The translations under genes and the position numbers were made by a program. The notes beneath the pieces are model-generated. The model saw nothing but the letters and a program-made list of their open reading frames with translations, was not told the origin of the DNA and made no database searches. Of a DNA stretch of 64,000 bases, positions 59,560-64,000 are shown in pieces. The stretch's first letter is position 1. The number at the start of each line of letters is the position of its first letter. Origin of the DNA: Curvularia clavata (lineage: Eukaryota); contig CP089274.1 in the NCBI GenBank assembly GCA_023920165.1, positions 124,001 to 188,000 on the forward strand, in the 5' to 3' direction.

Positions 59560-61210
59560 ATGAGACACTCTTCGATTGCGCTGTTCGCAGCCACTGCGAT
59601 TGCACAATCACAATATGGAGAAAACCATGTCGCTGTGAACCTTGACTCGCAGCTGGTGGAGCAAGCTGCATTTGCCGCGCCGAATGTGACGCTCTACAGT
59701 CCTGCGTTTATGCCCAATGCTTCCTTGGATGCTGGATGGTTCAAAGGCACCGAGGGTGCGACTTCACACGATCAGTTGGGTACGAGAACTCCAGTCTCAG
59801 TCTTGTCAATGGGCTTCCAAAACTCTTTCTAACTATTACGCAGAGACATTCCTCAGCAAGATTGCAGCGAGGAATCCATCATGGATGAAATACTCAGTCG
59901 CTGATTTCCTCAGCGAAGAAGGCAGAACATTCCCTTACGTCCTCCTCTCCACTTCATCAGCATCAAACACCACCTCCTCCAAAATCAAAGTATGGATCCA
60001 AGGCTCTGTCCACGGAAACGAGCCCGCCGGCGACGAGTCCACACTCGCCCTACTCGGAGCCATGGACCACGACCCCGACTGGGCCGCTACCTTCCTCTCC
60101 AAAATGGACATTCTCGTGCTTCCGCGCTACAACCCCGACGGCAACGCCTACTTCCAACGGACCCTAGCCTCCAACTACGATCCCAACCGCGACCACACGA
60201 AGCTCCTGCGCCAGCAAACCCGCGCCATCAAAAAATGGTTCAACAGCTTTTCGCCCGCCATCGCCCTCGACATGCACGAATACGGCGCCGCAACCGTGTA
60301 CTCGAGCAACTACAACAACGCCGCCGACGGCATGCTCAGCCACGCTAAGAACCTCAACATCCACCCTGCGATCCGCGACCTCGCCGAGACGCTCTTCGCG
60401 CCCGCGATAAACGCTTCGCTGGCCGCTCGCGGCCTGCGTGGCGAGCAGTACATAACGTCTGAGAGCCGCAATCCACCACGGCTCGTCGAAGCCGGTACAG
60501 ATGCGAAGATTGGGCGTAACGCCATGGGCTTGACGCAGTGCGTTACATTTCTTTTCGAGACCAGAGGCATAGGCATTGCGAACCAGGAGTTCAAGCGCAG
60601 GACAGTAGCCGGACTGCAGATGATACTGGGGGTGTTGGAGACGGCGAGAGACCATGCTGAAAAGGTCAAGACGACCGTCGACGGCGCGATTGACGAGTTT
60701 GTAGCGAGTAAGGAGGACATTGTGGTTACGGATTATGCTACGTATTCGAACCGCACTTTTACCATGGTGGATCGTCGATCGGGTCAGGTCGTACAGTTGC
60801 CTGTGGAGTTCGCGAGTAACACACCGGCGACGGCGAACTTGACGCGGACGAGGCCTCAGGGCTACATTATCCCCCGTGCATGGGCGGATGTTGCTGAGCG
60901 GTTGGCTGTGTCGGGGCTGGAAGTTGAGACCATGGCGGAGGCGTTTCAAGGCGAGGTTGAAGTCTACAACATTACTTCCTCCAAACTTGCTTCTTCGTAT
61001 TACGAAGGGGCTATTCTAAATACCGTCACTACGGAAAGCTCGATACAGCGGGTTTCGTTGCCGGCTGGAAGCTTCTTCGTGAGCGCGGCACAGAAGAATG
61101 CGGGTTTGGCTTTTGTGGCACTGGAGCCGGAGAACATTGACTCGTACGTCTCGTTTGGATTGGTACCAATGGAGGTCGGCGACCAGTATCCAGTATTCCG
61201 AAAGGTTTGA
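59560..61210 (+). CDS. Secreted zinc carboxypeptidase (peptidase M14), 2 exons
   Basis: Signal peptide, intron 59780-59843, motifs HGNE, RYNPDG, NRDH, LDMHE, FLFETRG. Confidence 0.9.
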
Positions 61211-61408
61211 GCATACAGGCAGTTGGCATCCAAGGGAACTTGAGTAAGAGATACATGAATGTGGATTCTAATAGGTTGGTCTTGATATCAACATGTGCGT
61301 GAGAACATGTCGTCATCAAGAGTATCTAAAGGATAGAGGCCTTGAATATTATAAACATGATCACCGTGCATTAGTTGTTTGGTGACCTCGACAAGAATGC
61401 ATGCAAGT

Positions 61409-64000
61409 TTATGCTGGGACATCATCTCCACTTTTTGCGCGCTTGGCTTCTCTCTCTTCACCTGCTGCCGTGTCAGCGCGTCTCTTACCCTCATCTTTCC
61501 TCGCCACATCTTTCTCCTCCCGTGCCACACGCCGGGCCTCCTTATCCTGCTTTTCTTTCTCTTTTCGCAGGGCCTTGCTCTCAAACTCGTGCCAATCTCC
61601 CTCGAGCTCTTTCAATGCCTCCGCTCGTTTTGGCATAGGAGCTTCGCTGGTAAAGAACGGATGTTCGAGCACATCGGCTGCGGTCGGACGTGCATTTGGA
61701 TCAAACAGGAACATGGCCTGAAGAAGCTCAAAAGCCATGGGACTAACGCGGTCCTTGTACTTTTCTGCAAACGTTGATTTCTTGCGCTCAGTCGGTCGAA
61801 GGAGCTCAAACCATTGCATGTCGACGATGCCAGGCCAATCCTGCACGGTAGGCGTACCGAGAACGTTGTAAATCTTGTCCAACTGGCTGATTTCACCCCC
61901 ATCACCAGGAAAGATGGCATGTCGGGTGAAGATCTCGACGAGTACACACGCCGCTGACCAAATGTCGACCGCTGGCCCGTATTGGGTTTCACCAAGCAGC
62001 AGCTCTGGCGACCGATACCAAATAGTAATGACGCGATTTGTGTAATCCAGTTTTCCGCTCTTCGAATAGAAACGCGCGAGACCAAAGTCAGCTAGTTTCA
62101 GTTGTCCTGTGTTGGACACTAGAATATTGGCTGCCTTGATGTCGCGATGTAGAACTCCGCGGCGATGAAGGTAATCAAGACCTTCAAAGAGTTGCTTCGC
62201 CAGGTCCTTCTTGTGAGATTGCTCGAGCTTGAACGTTGGGTGGTTCAAAAGGCCAGTGAGATCGTGAGAGAGGTATTCGAAAACCATGTAGCAGTCGTTC
62301 TTCTCGACCATGACCTCTCGTAAATTGACGATATTGGGATGGTTGAGAGACTGCAGGAGTTTGACTTCGCGAATGGCGGTGACCGGAAACTGTAGTAATG
62401 TCAGCAAAGTCTCTTATAACAAGCAAAGGATACTTACGCCATCGCGTTCGCCCTCCATACGGATCTTCTTCAGCGCAACCATATCCTTGGTGTAGACATG
62501 CACACCCTTGAAAACCTTTCCATACGTGCCAGATCCAACAACTGACTCATTACCTGGTTTCCTGTAGTACACAGATTCGGAGGCCGCATGCTCTGGATCC
62601 AGTTTCGGTCGTGGCTTTTCTCTCCTTTTCGTGATGATCTTCGTTTTTGGTACTTGGGGAGGAGGCGTCCGTCTGTCTGGTCGAGCAATCGGACGTAGGT
62701 CGGGACGCGGGTCAAGTCTCCTATCATCAGGTCTGCGTGGGGGGTATGGCTCTCGGCGATCCCTTATGTCTCGCAAATCCCGTGGGTCTCGCATATCCCG
62801 GACATCCCTTTCTCGCATGTCGCGTGCATCTCGAAGGTCTCGAGGGTCCCTAAAATCTCGATCGCGTGGGTCTCGAAAGTCTCGCTCCCTGCCACGGTAA
62901 TAGGCATCACGAGAATCTCGCATGTCTCGAGGGTCTCGTTCGCGAGGGTCTCGGTAAGGTGGCTTGCGATCGTAGTAACTATCGTACCGACGGTCTCTTT
63001 CTCTAATGTCTCTGTCTCGGGGATCTCGGTCCCTGATGTCCCGATCGCGGTTACGATCATAGTCCCTCTCTTTTGGTTCCCTGTCTTTGTCATTTCTTGA
63101 CTCTGCGTAACGGGGAGTTGTGTCGCGCGTGGTCTCCGCCTTTGCCTTCGGGTCAAGGAGGGATTCCTTAGAGGCTGGCTCAGCTTTTTCAGGTTCTTCT
63201 ATTCCCAACTTTGCTTTGCTTGCCGGAGGCACAGGGTTCTTTGTCTTGAGAGAAAACCCGAATCCACTCTTGGCCGCTGTCGGAGGAACAGCAGATGCTT
63301 TGGCTGGAGGAGTGATCTTTCGCTCTTCCTTTGAGCCCTCGTCCTCTACCCGTAGATCCTTTGAAGGGCGGAAGGGATTGTCGTCGGCGTCGACAGATGT
63401 GGAGTCGGCTGCCGTTGACGGCACGGAAGGAGGTTGTGGGCGTGGAGCTTCCGTGGCAGGACGGCCGCCTCTTGTCCCGGATGCAGGTGTCCATGACAAA
63501 TTCGAAAATTGAGTGGGCGCCGCGCCTCGACCTCGACCACCAGGACCTCCAAAGGGAGCACCTCCAGCAGGACCCGAAATGCGCCGGTCGGAGCCATGGA
63601 AGCTATTACCGCGGAAGCCACCATGTCCACCACGATGTGAGTTGCTCTGGAATCCCGACTGGGGATATGACTGGTTCTGATAGTAGCCAGGCGACTGACT
63701 TTGATGATACGGAGATTGGCTTGGAGTGTAGCCATGTGGAGGAGATCTGCTTGGATTAGTGTGAAGCGGGCGAAAAGCGGATGAAACTGACCCATGATTC
63801 GGATATGGTTGGTTGTTCCAGCCTCCCCTACCACTGTGGTACGGCGATTGATTTTGGGGAGAGTACTGATTATGTGAAGGATAGGGTGGTGATTGTTGGA
63901 AGCCACCACGGCCCTGGTAATGATATGCTCCTCTCATTTTGTCGTCTTCTCGGCGGCCTCTAGAAGTATCAGAGTTATAGCCTGATCCGGGGGTGGGCGA
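61409..64000 (-). CDS. CTK1: RNA polymerase II CTD kinase catalytic subunit (Ctk1/Lsk1, CDK12-like); 5' end outside the window
   Basis: GSGTYGKVFK, VALKKIRME, intron 62390-62437 giving DGFPVTAIRE, HRDIKAAN, DFG, YTNRVITIWYRSPE. Preceded by RD-dipeptide repeats and a G/Y/Q-rich low-complexity region; a further intron lies near 63747-63790. Confidence 0.92.

Noticed and set aside
62700..63100. RD/RDPRD dipeptide repeats
   Set aside because: Normal low-complexity region of fungal Ctk1-type kinases, not a separate repeat system.
1..64000. Starship captain (tyrosine recombinase), CRISPR array, rRNA, telomeric repeats or a secondary-metabolite backbone gene
   Set aside because: None seen in this window.

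Overview
Filamentous ascomycete genomic DNA (short GT..CTAAC..AG introns and RIP-type mutation; Pleosporales-like by inference). The 1-22 kb and 47-64 kb parts are mostly ordinary gene-dense DNA. They hold an LSM/Mak31-like gene, an O-methyltransferase-fold gene with degenerate SAM and catalytic motifs, an intron-containing tRNA-Gly(GCC), a RIP-killed pogo/Fot1 transposon, a frameshifted AT-hook gene, a coiled-coil protein, a CE1 esterase, a Rieske protein, GH30 and PL42-like CAZymes, an M14 carboxypeptidase and CTK1. The centre (about 22.2-39.6 kb) is an AT-rich, RIP-scarred island containing two inverted solo LTRs, each with its own TSD, and two near-identical, intact 7.2-kb Ty3/Gypsy chromovirus copies. 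Each copy shows a Tf1-like self-priming PBS, a -1 frameshift signal and, most notably, a spliced antisense accessory gene (about 204 aa, Cys motif plus coiled coil) between pol and the 3' LTR. Next to the island (40.6-45.6 kb) is a candidate signalling or non-self module: a multi-pass membrane protein with a 15-Cys loop, head-to-head with a protein kinase that carries a duplicated N-terminal motif, followed by an orphan NLR-type TPR fragment. All family assignments come from motif recognition by eye; no database searches were run.
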